64,000 nt of DNA from an uncultured Acidimicrobiaceae bacterium (GCA_963835325.1 CAWIEV010000004.1:79576-143575); one strand, 5' to 3'; positions 1 through 8,387 are shown, counted from the stretch's first letter. Program-made: numbers and translations. The notes: a model not told the origin generated them from the letters alone.

Positions 1-105
1 GGCGTGACGGTGCGCACGGTGGTGGGGGACCCGCGTAACGTGAAATTGACCCGGCCCGAGGATCTCGTCCTGGCCGAGGCGTTGCTCACTGCGGTCAGAC
101 GGTGA
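1..105 (+). CDS. ispD: 2-C-methyl-D-erythritol 4-phosphate cytidylyltransferase, 3' end only (gene starts left of window)
   Basis: Frame 1 reads GVTVRTVVGDPRNVKLTRPEDLVLAEALLTAVRR then TGA (103-105). The NxKxTxPEDL block is the conserved IspD C-terminus. The stop overlaps the GTG of ispF (GTGA), the usual ispD-ispF junction. Confidence 0.6.
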   Translation, partial: GVTVRTVVGDPRNVKLTRPEDLVLAEALLTAVRR

Positions 106-620
106 ACGCCGGACCGGCGCCCATGCGCATCGGCCAGGGTCTCGACGTCCACCGGTTCTCCGACGAGCCCGGTCGTCCACTGATCCTGGGCGGGGTGGTC
201 ATCACCGGCGAGGGCGCCCGGGCGCTGGAGGGGCACAGTGATGCCGACGCCGTGGCCCATGCCCTCGCCGACGCGGTGCTGGGCGCGGCCGGTCTCGGGG
301 ATCTCGGACGTCATGCTCCCGACACCGATCCGGCCTGGCGGGGGGCGGACAGTGTGGTCATCCTGTCGCGTGTGGTCGAGCTGGCCCGCGGGGCGGGATG
401 GATACCGGTCAACGCCGACTGCACGGTGATGGCGGAGCGGCCGAGGCTGGCACCATTCGTGGATCAGATGGCCGACCGGTTGGCGGCCGTGCTCGGCGGC
501 CCGGTCAACGTGAAGGCGACCACTGCCGAAGGGCTCGGGGCGTTGGGCCGGGCCGAGGGGATCGCCTGCAGCGCGGTCGTCCTCATGACCTCATGCGGCC
601 CTGAGGAGGTGCCCGCCTGA
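102..620 (+). CDS. ispF: 2-C-methyl-D-erythritol 2,4-cyclodiphosphate synthase
   Basis: 172-aa ORF with MRIGQGLDVHRF and GHSDADAVAHALADAVLGAAGLGDLG, the IspF DxH / HSDxD metal and substrate motifs. An alternative ATG start lies at 123. Confidence 0.9.
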   Translation: MNAGPAPMRIGQGLDVHRFSDEPGRPLILGGVVITGEGARALEGHSDADAVAHALADAVLGAAGLGDLGRHAPDTDPAWRGADSVVILSRVVELARGAGWIPVNADCTVMAERPRLAPFVDQMADRLAAVLGGPVNVKATTAEGLGALGRAEGIACSAVVLMTSCGPEEVPA

Positions 621-1636
621 TGGGGCCGGCTCCACGACGCGGACGGGGCCAGGCCGGAGCAGGCCGGGGAAGTGGTGGGCGGCCCCGGACGGGCGGATCC
701 GGAGGTGCCGGCGGCGGGCAGGGGAGGGGGCGGGACGCCGACGGGTCACGCCGGGCCGGGCCGGGGCGCCCGGGAAGCGCCCCCGCCCGCCGGGCCGGGC
801 CGGGGCGCCCGGGAAGCGCCCCCGCCCGCCGGGCCGGCCGCAGCCCCGGTCGCCCCGGGGGCGGGAGCGGTCAGGGCAGCGGCACCCAGGGCCTCGGCGG
901 CGACCAGGTCGAGGGTCGCCAGGCCGTGCGGGAGCTGCTCAGAGCCGGCCGGCGCCCGGTCAGGTCCTTGTACATGGCCGAAGGGATGGATGCGGCCGCC
1001 ATCCTGGACGAGATCGAGGCTCTGGCCACGGCTCACCGGGTCAGGGTCGACTATGTCAGCCACCGGCGCATCGACGCCCTGGCCCGGACCGACGCCGCCC
1101 AAGGGGTGGTGGCCATCGCCCGCCCGGTCGAGGAGGCGTCGCTCGAATCGCTGTGCGAACCGAGCAGCCGCGGCCGGGTGCCGTTCCTGCTGGTCCTGGA
1201 CGGGATCACCGATCCCCACAACCTCGGTGCCCTGCTGCGCAGCGCGGAGTGTGCGGGTGTCACCGGCGTCGTGCTCCCGCGCCACCGCTCGGCCCATCTG
1301 TCGCCCTCGGCGGCCAAAGCCGCCGCCGGCGCTGTCGAGTACCTTCCGATGACCCTGGTGGCCGGCATCCCCGCAGCCCTGGTCCGTCTGTCGGCCCAGG
1401 GCGTCTGGACGGTCGGGCTGGTCGGGGACGCCCGCCAGTCGCTGTACGAGCTGGCCCTGGGGGACCAGCCGGTGGCCCTGGTCCTCGGGTCGGAGGGCAC
1501 CGGGCTGGCCGCCCTGACCAGAAAGCGCTGTGACGCACTGGTGTCCATCCCCCAGCACGGTTCGCTCTCCTCCCTCAACGTGTCCACGGCCGGAGCCATC
1601 GCCTGCTTCGATGTGGCCCGTCAGCGGTCGCACTGA
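620..1636 (+). CDS. rlmB: TrmH/SpoU-family 23S rRNA (guanosine-2'-O)-methyltransferase (RlmB-like) with Gly/Arg/Pro-rich N-terminal extension
   Basis: 338-aa ORF. The ATG overlaps the ispF stop (TGATG). SpoU motifs are present: LVLDGITDPHNLGALLRSAECAG, LVLGSEGTGL, IPQHGSLSSLNVSTAGAIA. Confidence 0.85.
   Translation: MGPAPRRGRGQAGAGRGSGGRPRTGGSGGAGGGQGRGRDADGSRRAGPGRPGSAPARRAGPGRPGSAPARRAGRSPGRPGGGSGQGSGTQGLGGDQVEGRQAVRELLRAGRRPVRSLYMAEGMDAAAILDEIEALATAHRVRVDYVSHRRIDALARTDAAQGVVAIARPVEEASLESLCEPSSRGRVPFLLVLDGITDPHNLGALLRSAECAGVTGVVLPRHRSAHLSPSAAKAAAGAVEYLPMTLVAGIPAALVRLSAQGVWTVGLVGDARQSLYELALGDQPVALVLGSEGTGLAALTRKRCDALVSIPQHGSLSSLNVSTAGAIACFDVARQRSH
749..838 (+). repeat. In-frame 39-nt tandem duplication inside the rlmB N-terminal low-complexity region
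   Basis: cgccgggccgggccggggcgcccgggaagcgcccccgcc occurs at 749-787 and 788-826, followed by a partial third copy. It encodes RRAGPGRPGSAPA twice. Confidence 0.85.
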
Positions 1637-1649
1637 GCGGCAGGCGGTC

Positions 1650-1943
1650 TCAGGACACCTCTTCGACCGTCACGCCCTTCCAGAAGGCCACCCTGTCGGC
1701 GATCTCAGCGGCAGCTTCCTTGGGAGCGGGGTAGTACCAGGCGGCGTCATCGTTGTGCGCCCCGTCCACCACCGCCGACCGGTAGCTGGCCTCCCCCTTC
1801 CACGGGCAGGTGGTGTGGCTGTCACTGGCCACGAAGTACCGGTCGTCGACATCCTCGGCTGGGAAGTAGTGGTTGCCCTCGACCACGACCGTCCGGTCGC
1901 TCTCGGCCAAGACGGCACCGTTCCATGTCGCTCGCATCGTCAT
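1650..1943 (-). CDS. DUF427 domain protein
   Basis: Only the last 97 aa of the 280-aa ORF look coding (ATG at 1943): MTMRATWNGAVLAESDRTVVVEGNHYFPAEDV...CPWKGEASY...AAWYYPAP, the DUF427 signature. Confidence 0.8.
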   Translation of the reverse strand: MTMRATWNGAVLAESDRTVVVEGNHYFPAEDVDDRYFVASDSHTTCPWKGEASYRSAVVDGAHNDDAAWYYPAPKEAAAEIADRVAFWKGVTVEEVS

Positions 1944-2020
1944 GCTTGGTGCAACGTCGCCGACCAGGGTCGTGTTCCCGGCACCGGACGTGGGACACTG
2001 GCCCGTGTGTGGGAGCTGGG

Positions 2021-2774
2021 ATGGTTGAACGAGCTGATGTGATCGTCCTCGGTATTGGCCCGGGCGGGGAGGACGCCGCCGAGCGTCTGGCCGAGGCTGG
2101 CCTCGACGTGGTGGGTGCACCAGGTCGGTCGTCGCTTCGCCATCTCCGTCGCCCATGGGGACCCGACGGTGGTCGACCGCCTGCTGGTGGCAGCCGGGCG
2201 GCGGGCGGACCTGGCCCAGCTCAACGTGGCCTCCATCGGGATCGACGACTCGGCGCCGGCCATCCCCGTCGACGACCACCTGCGGGTGCCGGGTGTGGAT
2301 GGGGTGTGGGCCGTCGGCGACGTCACCGGGAAGGGCGCATTCACCCATGTTTCGATGTACCAGGCCGACATCGTGGTCAACGATGTGCTCGGCCGCCAGG
2401 TGGTTCCGGCCGACTACCGGGCCGTCCCCCGGGTCACCTTCACCGATCCGGAGATCGGATCGGTCGGCCTCTGTGAACACCAGGCCCGCCACGCGGACCT
2501 CGAGGTCCGGGTGGGGACGGCGGATCTCCGGTCGTCATCCCGGGGATGGATCCGGGCGGGGAATCATGGGTTCATCAAGCTGGTGGAGGACGCACGCCGC
2601 GGGGTCCTGGTCGGCGCCACATCGGCCGGGCCCTGGAGTGGTGAGGTGCTCGGCCTGTTGACCCTGGCTGTCCACGCCGAGGTGCCGACGTCCCGGCTCC
2701 GGCACATGATCTACGCCTATCCCACCTTCCATCGGGCCATCGAGGATGCGCTCGAGGGCCTGGATGGCGGCTGA
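2021..2774 (+). pseudogene. Pyridine nucleotide-disulfide oxidoreductase (dihydrolipoamide dehydrogenase / mercuric reductase class) remnant with internal deletion plus frame change
   Basis: The N-terminal FAD fold MVERADVIVLGIGPGGEDAAERLAEAGLDVV (frame of ORF 1925..2476) joins near 2110-2125 directly onto the last ~220 aa in another frame (ORF 2055..2774). That part reads VDRLLVAAGRRADL...VWAVGDVTG...dimerisation domain...YAYPTFHRAIEDA. The central ~200 aa, including the NAD-binding fold, are absent. Confidence 0.7.
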
Positions 2775-2781
2775 CCTCGGG

Positions 2782-3765
2782 TCAGGAGGAGGGGCGGGCC
2801 AGCGACACGAGGAACTCGTCGCCGTCCGAGGGCCATGCCGCTTCGACCACGAAGCCGCACTCACTGAGCTCGGTCCGGAGTGCCTCGGGCGAGAACTTGG
2901 TGCTGATCTCGGTCAACATCTCCTCGCCCGACAGGAAGTCCACGTCGAGATCGAGATCGCCGACCCGGATGGTCTGGTCCGCCGAGGAGCGCAGCCACAT
3001 CTCGATGCGCTGGTCCCGCTCGTTCCATCGGGCCACGTGCTCGAACCGCTGTGGATCGAAGTCTGCGCTGAGCTCCCGGTTGAGCACCAGGAGCACATTG
3101 CGATTGAACTCGGCGGTGACGCCGGCGCGGTCGTCGTAGGCGTCCACGAGCTGTCGCCGGTCCTTGACCAGGTCGGTCCCGATGAGGAGACGGTCGTCCA
3201 GCGCCATGACCTTGCCCAGCTGCATGAAGAACTCGCGGCGCTGACCGGGGTCCAGATTGCCGATGGTGCCGCCGAGGAAGGCGAACAGACGGCGCCCACC
3301 GGTGGGGAGCTGGTCGAGGTGCCGGTGGAAGTCGCCCACCACCGCACGCACGGCCACGCCCGGGTACTCCTCGGACAGCGCCCCGGCCGCGTCCCACAGG
3401 GTGGTGTCGCTCACGTCGAGGGGCACGAACCGGCGCAAGCGCCCGGCGGACCGCATGGCATCGAGAAGGATCCGTGACTTCTCACATGTCCCGGCACCCA
3501 GCTCGACGAGCGTGTCCGCTTGTGAATGTTCGGCGATGTCACCGGCATGGGCATCGAGGATCGACCGTTCCGCCCTGGTCGGGTAGTACTCGGGGAGCCT
3601 GGTGATCTCGTCGAACAGCCTGCTGCCGCGGTCGTCGTAGAAGTAGACGGGTGGAATGCTCTTGGGTCGGGCGGTGAGGCCGCCGCGGACGTCGTGCTCC
3701 ATGGCGTCGCGCAGGTCGTCGCCGGACAGGTGGATGTCGATGGTGGGGGGAATGACAGTGGTCAT
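2782..3765 (-). CDS. egtD: L-histidine N-alpha-methyltransferase (ergothioneine biosynthesis)
   Basis: 327 aa with YFYDDRGSRLFDEITRLPEYYPTRAE and the SAM-binding LVELGAGTCEKSR. It lies directly downstream of egtB. Confidence 0.9.
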   Translation of the reverse strand: MTTVIPPTIDIHLSGDDLRDAMEHDVRGGLTARPKSIPPVYFYDDRGSRLFDEITRLPEYYPTRAERSILDAHAGDIAEHSQADTLVELGAGTCEKSRILLDAMRSAGRLRRFVPLDVSDTTLWDAAGALSEEYPGVAVRAVVGDFHRHLDQLPTGGRRLFAFLGGTIGNLDPGQRREFFMQLGKVMALDDRLLIGTDLVKDRRQLVDAYDDRAGVTAEFNRNVLLVLNRELSADFDPQRFEHVARWNERDQRIEMWLRSSADQTIRVGDLDLDVDFLSGEEMLTEISTKFSPEALRTELSECGFVVEAAWPSDGDEFLVSLARPSS

Positions 3766-3816
3766 GGGCTCTTCGGTTCTCGGGCGCGCCGGTCGGTCGG
3801 GATGGACTGCCCCTGG

Positions 3817-5076
3817 TCAGCAGGTTCGGGCCAGTCGCAGACCGGAGAAGGCCCAGCGGGCGGACGGTGGAAAGAAATTCCGGTAGGAGGCCCGGATGTG
3901 GTCGGGCGGGGTCACGCACGATCCGCCCCGCAGGACGTACTGGTTGACCATGAACTTCCCGTTGTACTCCCCGACGGCCCCGGGTGCGGGTTCGAACCCC
4001 GGGTACGGGCTGTATGCCGACGACGTCCACTGCCAGACGTTGCCGAACGGTGCGCTCCTGGCGGATGGGGTGGGAACCGGAGCCGGGTGCAGCTTGGTCT
4101 GGTCCAGGAACTGCCCCTGCACCTCTTGCCCGGCGGCGGCCAGCTCCCATTCGGCCTCGGTGGGCAGCCGCCCGCCCGCCCAGCGGGCGAAGGCATCCGC
4201 CTCGTAGTAGCTCAGGTGGCAGACGGGTTGGGCCGGGTTGACCGGCGTGGGCCCCCCCAGGGTGAACTCGTGCCAATCGCCTTCCGGTCGCGACCAGTAG
4301 AGCGGACACTCCCAACCCTCGGACTGGACGGCCGCCCAACCGTCCGACAGCCACAGCTCCGGCCGCTGGTAGCCGCCGTCGTCGATGAAGGCCAACCACT
4401 CACCGCACGTCGTCACCTGATCGGCGACGGCGAAGGCCCCGAGGTAGGTGCGGTGCCGGGGCAGCTCGTTGTCGAAGCAGAAGCCCCGGCCGGAGTGGCC
4501 GATCTCGTAGATTCCAGCCGGGTGCTCGGTCCATGTCGGGGCACCCGCGTCGGTGGGTGCGGGCATGCGTACCGCGTCGTACGCCGGTCCCAGCGGATTC
4601 AGCGACAGCACGTGCTTGATGTCCATGAGGAGGAGCTCTTGGTGCTGCTGTTCGTGTTGGATGCCCAACTCCACCAGCGCGGCTGTCGCCTCGGAGGTGG
4701 GACTGTCGAGGAATGCGGTCATGGCCTCATCGACATGGGCCCGGTACTCGCCGATCTCCTCCACGCCGGGCCGGGACAGCAGCCCCCGGTCGCTACGAGG
4801 GTACCGGGCCCCCACCCCCTCGTAGTAGGAGTTGAACAGGTACCCGAAGTCGGGATGGAACGGCCGGTACCCCTTCAGGTGCGCCAGCAACAGGAACGTC
4901 TCGAAGAACCACGTCGTGTGGGCCCGGTGCCATTTGGTCGGGCTGACATCGGGCATGGACTGGACGGTCTGGTCCTCGGCCGACAGCGGGGAGGCCAGCG
5001 ACTCGGTCAGCGATCGGGTGGCCACGAATCGGTCGGTGATCGTGAGATCGCCCACGGTCATCAGCAGATCGGTCAT
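3817..5076 (-). CDS. egtB: Hercynine sulfoxide synthase (DinB_2 + FGE-sulfatase fold)
   Basis: 419 aa with AHTTWFFETF, ELGIQHEQQHQELLL (DinB-like iron site), GNVWQWTSSAYSPYPGF and VLRGGSCVT (FGE-like domain). Confidence 0.9.
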   Translation of the reverse strand: MTDLLMTVGDLTITDRFVATRSLTESLASPLSAEDQTVQSMPDVSPTKWHRAHTTWFFETFLLLAHLKGYRPFHPDFGYLFNSYYEGVGARYPRSDRGLLSRPGVEEIGEYRAHVDEAMTAFLDSPTSEATAALVELGIQHEQQHQELLLMDIKHVLSLNPLGPAYDAVRMPAPTDAGAPTWTEHPAGIYEIGHSGRGFCFDNELPRHRTYLGAFAVADQVTTCGEWLAFIDDGGYQRPELWLSDGWAAVQSEGWECPLYWSRPEGDWHEFTLGGPTPVNPAQPVCHLSYYEADAFARWAGGRLPTEAEWELAAAGQEVQGQFLDQTKLHPAPVPTPSARSAPFGNVWQWTSSAYSPYPGFEPAPGAVGEYNGKFMVNQYVLRGGSCVTPPDHIRASYRNFFPPSARWAFSGLRLARTC

Positions 5077-5287
5077 ACCTGCTCCTCCGGTACCCCGTGG
5101 GGACGGTCATGACGGGTCGCCGGTGGGTCCGGTGCGCCGTCAAGCCTAGAACTTAGTTGGAAGTCCTTCGCCGCGAGCGCGCCGAAGATGCCTCCTGGCC
5201 GACACCGGGCGCCAGCTCCGCTCGGCGGACGGCTATTTCACCAGGTGAGGATCGGTTTCCACCGTGGATTCCGTAGGGATTCGAGGC

Positions 5288-5500
5288 GTGGCCGGTGGCC
5301 GACCGCCGGGACGGTGGCCGGTGGCCGACCGCCGGGACGGTGGCCGGGGGCCGGAACCGGTGGTGGTGGCCGGGGCCGGAACCGGTGGTGGTGGCCGGGG
5401 CCGGAACCGGTGGTGGTGGCCGGGGCCGGAACCGGTGGTGGTGGCCGGGGCCGGAACCGGTGGTGGTGGCCGGGGCCGGAGCCGGGGCGGGGGCCGGTCG
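5288..5500. repeat. Compound GC-rich tandem repeat: 26 nt x2, then 25 nt x about 5.5
   Basis: gtggccggtggccgaccgccgggacg occurs at 5288 and 5314. gtggccggggccggaaccggtggtg starts at 5340, 5366, 5391, 5416, 5441 and 5466, then degenerates. The period is not a multiple of 3. The array lies in the spacer between the GH43 stop (5544) and the egtB start (5076). Confidence 0.9.
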
Positions 5501-5543
5501 TGGGGGCGGGGGCCGGACGTCGCGTCGTGGGGGACCCGGGGTT

Positions 5544-6884
5544 TCAGGGGGACGACTGGGTCGCCGGTTCGACGACAGGGACGGAGCCCGAGAGATCCAG
5601 CTGACGCAGGTAGAGGTCGCGGCTGTTCGGGTAGCCGACCGCGCCGGCGGTCCAGGCATGGAAGGCGATCCAGTACGAGCCCGACGTGTCGGAGAACACG
5701 TCGGCGCCGCCGGGGCCCTCCATGCTCGGGGAACCGGCCAGCAAGGGCTGGCTCAGGGAGTCGGCACAGGGACCGAGCGGCCCCGTGCAGGTGGCCACTC
5801 CGATGGCGTAGTCGGCGCTGTTCCAGTTGTTCCCCGACGTGAAGAGGAAGTAGCGGCCGCCGCTGGTCACGAGATCAGGGGCTTCGACGATGCCTCCCTC
5901 CCACGCCTGGTCGGGTACCAGGAGCTGGGTCGGACTGGCACCGGTGACGAATCCGGTGCCGGATGCAGTGAGCTGCTCGGACCAGATGGTGGCCGGCCCT
6001 GTGCCGCCGTTCGACTTCCAGACCAGGTACACCTTCCCGTCGGTGTCGATGAACGGGGAGGGGTCGATGGAGCCGCCGAGCGACGGCTGGCACTCGAGTG
6101 GCGCTTTCGAGCTGTCGATGAACGGTCCCTGCGGCTGGGTGGCCGCGGCCACCGAGATGCACTCCTCGCCACCCCCCGGACCGGCCACCAGTGCGGCGTA
6201 GTAGAGCAGGTAGGCACCACCGATGAAGGCGACCGCGGGTGCCCAGGTCGCATCGGGTGCTGCCCAGCTGGGGAGGGCGGGAAGGGCGTTGCCGATTGCG
6301 GTCCAGTTGGTCAGGTTGGTGGATTGGATGATCTGGATGTTTCCGGCCACGGAATTGGTGGCATAGGCAAAATAGGTGTTTCCGGCCAGGATGACATCGG
6401 GATCGGGAAAGTCGAAGGGGTAGACGAGGCCACCGCTCGACCCCCCGTCCAAGCTCAGGCAGGGGGCGGAGACGGCGGAGATGTCCTGAGCCGCCTGGGT
6501 GTTGTTGTGACCCGCAATCTGCTCGAACGAGCGCTGCACTCCCCCGAGGCAGTTCTCGAGGGTGCCGATGCTGGCGCCCCGGAAGAGCGAAGCCGCGTGG
6601 TTGTCGGCCAGTGCCCCCTCCGTGTTCGCCAGCTGGCTGAGGGTCGAAGCGACGGAAACCCGGAGGGCGTTTCGGGCGGCGGTGGTGCGCTCCACGTCAG
6701 CTGACGTGGCCGCCAGTGTGGACCGCGATGCCGCCAACGTCCGGTGGGCGGCGACCAGCTCGGTGTGCTCGTGGCGGTCGCGGGCGTGGGCTTGCAGGTC
6801 GGTGGCCACGGTGAAGGTCAGGGCACCGATGACGACGAGGACGACGACGATGGGAATGACGGTCATTCGTCGCCGGTCACCCAT
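5544..6884 (-). CDS. Membrane-anchored glycoside hydrolase family 43-like protein with N-terminal TM + coiled-coil + two-Cys module
   Basis: GH43 blocks: PFDFPDPDVILAGNTYFAYATNS, WAPAVAFIGGAYLLYYAA, GGSIDPSPFIDTDGKVYLVWKSNG, EAPDLVTSGGRYFLFTSGNNW. N-terminal TM helix IPIVVVLVVIGALTF. Start is ATG 6884 or ATG 6866; the annotated ORF start 6932 overlaps the upstream gene. Confidence 0.8.
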   Translation of the reverse strand: MGDRRRMTVIPIVVVLVVIGALTFTVATDLQAHARDRHEHTELVAAHRTLAASRSTLAATSADVERTTAARNALRVSVASTLSQLANTEGALADNHAASLFRGASIGTLENCLGGVQRSFEQIAGHNNTQAAQDISAVSAPCLSLDGGSSGGLVYPFDFPDPDVILAGNTYFAYATNSVAGNIQIIQSTNLTNWTAIGNALPALPSWAAPDATWAPAVAFIGGAYLLYYAALVAGPGGGEECISVAAATQPQGPFIDSSKAPLECQPSLGGSIDPSPFIDTDGKVYLVWKSNGGTGPATIWSEQLTASGTGFVTGASPTQLLVPDQAWEGGIVEAPDLVTSGGRYFLFTSGNNWNSADYAIGVATCTGPLGPCADSLSQPLLAGSPSMEGPGGADVFSDTSGSYWIAFHAWTAGAVGYPNSRDLYLRQLDLSGSVPVVEPATQSSP

Positions 6885-7428
6885 TGGAAGCCACCGCCTG
6901 GGCGCAACTCGTGGACACCGCGTCCAGGGCATCGATGGCGTGGTTCTGGTCGGCCACGGCCAGGGCGTTCAATGCTTGCTCGACGCCCCCGAGGCACGTC
7001 TGCAGATTGCCGATGGTGGAGGCCTGCTGGGTGACGTGCGCTTGGGCGTCGGTCAGTGCCTTCTTCACCCCTTGCAGCTGCGACGTGTCCTGAGCCAACG
7101 CAGCGCCGTCCGCCTTGACCTGGCCGTCCACGGTACCGAGCTGCCGGCGGACGGAGGCCAGTTCGGACAAGACCGAGTGGATGTGGCCCCGGGTCGTGTC
7201 CAGCGAGCGATGCGTCTGGTCGAACTGGGTGTTGGCTTGGACTTCGTTACCGGCCAGATAGCCGAACGTCGCCGCCAGGACGGCGATGACCAGTGCGACG
7301 AGTATCCAGCGGGCACACGGCCGCCTCTCGGGTGCACCGGTGACGTCGTTGTCCGTCTCAGCATCCAACAGGTCGACAGCCACCCGAGATCCGCTTCTCT
7401 CCACCGGCGCCACGAAATATGGTGGCAC
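6877..7428 (-). CDS. Membrane-anchored coiled-coil protein, paralogous to the N-terminal module of the GH43 protein
   Basis: 183 aa with TM helix WILVALVIAVLAATFGYL followed by heptad-like Q/L/A-rich sequence. TIGNLQTCLGGVEQALNALAV...AVSTSC aligns with SIGTLENCLGGVQRSFEQIAG...AVSAPC of the neighbour. Confidence 0.6.
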   Translation of the reverse strand: MPPYFVAPVERSGSRVAVDLLDAETDNDVTGAPERRPCARWILVALVIAVLAATFGYLAGNEVQANTQFDQTHRSLDTTRGHIHSVLSELASVRRQLGTVDGQVKADGAALAQDTSQLQGVKKALTDAQAHVTQQASTIGNLQTCLGGVEQALNALAVADQNHAIDALDAVSTSCAQAVASNG

Positions 7429-7561
7429 GTCGGAGCGGCGAAGAGTGGTCAGGGCGGAGGAGATGACCGGGATTTCACCCCGTGTTCACCTGAAGCGTCG
7501 CCCCAGGACTTCTCCGCTTCGGTGTGACGTGGTGCCGGTGGCCATCTGTCAGGATCGGGAG

Positions 7562-8317
7562 ATGTCCGCTGCACAGCCGAAGCCGCCAGGCGAGCACGAG
7601 CCTCCGACGCCGAAGGGTCTCGTCGATCTGGCCCGCACCACCGGTCATCGGGTCATCACCCGTCCCGGGGCCGCGCTGGTCGAGGCCGGCGGAGGGAGCG
7701 CGGGTGCCGGAGCGGTGGGCACGGCACCTCCCGGGCGCGGCATCGAAGAACCACGGGAGATCGCCGAGACGATCGCGCTGGTCGACCGGGCGTTCGCCTT
7801 CGTGGATCTGTGCGGGTTCACCCGGTTCATCGCCACCAACGGGGAGCACGCCGCGATCGACACTCTGACCCGTTTCCGCTCGCTGACCCGTGAAATTGCG
7901 GTTCGGCGCGGGGTGATGGTCACGAAATGGCTCGGGGACGGGGCCATGATCGTCGGTGTCGATGTCGGGCCCACGCTGGCCACGGCGGCCGAGTTGATCG
8001 GCCGTTACGACGGGTCGACGCTGGCCCTGCGGGGCGGTTTCGCCCACGGCCAGGCGTTGATCATGGACGGCGACGACTACATCGGCCGGCCCACCAATCT
8101 GGCCTCACGCCTGTGCCAGGCCGCGCATCCAGAGGAATTGCTCGCCGTCGGCTACCCGGCCGCCTCTCTGCCGGCGTGGGTCACGGTGCTCGGTGTCCGG
8201 AGCGTCACCCTTCCCGGATTGGGCCGGATCCGCGGGGCCCAGCGCTTGGGCCTCATCCCCGGCCTCGAACTCCCCGACCTGTCGCGGCACCTCGCGGATC
8301 CCGTGCCCGGAGAGTGA
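7562..8317 (+). CDS. Class III adenylate/guanylate cyclase domain protein
   Basis: Start taken at ATG 7562 (MSAAQPKPP). Cyclase blocks: AFAFVDLCGFTRF, KWLGDGAMIVG, DYIGRPTNLASRLCQAA. Confidence 0.8.
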   Translation: MSAAQPKPPGEHEPPTPKGLVDLARTTGHRVITRPGAALVEAGGGSAGAGAVGTAPPGRGIEEPREIAETIALVDRAFAFVDLCGFTRFIATNGEHAAIDTLTRFRSLTREIAVRRGVMVTKWLGDGAMIVGVDVGPTLATAAELIGRYDGSTLALRGGFAHGQALIMDGDDYIGRPTNLASRLCQAAHPEELLAVGYPAASLPAWVTVLGVRSVTLPGLGRIRGAQRLGLIPGLELPDLSRHLADPVPGE

Positions 8318-8337
8318 CGATTCCGCTGCCCGGGCGG

Positions 8338-8366
8338 TTGACCTACTACTACCACCGGTAGTAGTA
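8338..8366 (+). promoter_or_regulatory. TTGACC -35-like hexamer abutting a perfect 10-bp inverted repeat TACTACTACC-acc-GGTAGTAGTA (candidate operator)
   Basis: TTGACC lies at 8338-8343 and the arms at 8344-8353 and 8357-8366. This is an AT-rich island in GC-rich DNA, upstream of the 8431-10664 gene set that ends in a BlaI/CopY-family repressor. Confidence 0.5.
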
Positions 8367-8387
8367 AGTACGACACGTTGTCGTAGC

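Noticed and set aside
1944-2492. Upstream 183 codons of the 280-aa minus ORF 1650..2492
   Set aside because: They are antisense to the reductase remnant. DUF427 homology begins at the internal ATG 1943.
3526-5112. 528-aa plus-strand ORF covering the egtB region
   Set aside because: It is antisense to a well-supported egtB. The translation is Gly/Arg/Pro/Val-rich with no motifs. This is the typical shadow ORF of high-GC DNA, where stops are rare in all frames.
5153-5659. Pro-rich 168-aa ORF (and 5188..5604 +, 5264..5842 +) across the 25/26-nt array, possibly a PE/PPE- or extensin-like repeat protein
   Set aside because: The repeat period (25/26 nt) is not a multiple of three, so the amino-acid repeat only appears every three units. 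There is no credible start context. These are repeat-generated ORFs.
7562-8317. Class III cyclase as the signal generator of a CBASS-like system with the patatin at 31.8 kb
   Set aside because: The genes are 23 kb apart and on unrelated operons. The cyclase is a class III adenylate/guanylate cyclase, not a CD-NTase. No other defence-system components are adjacent.
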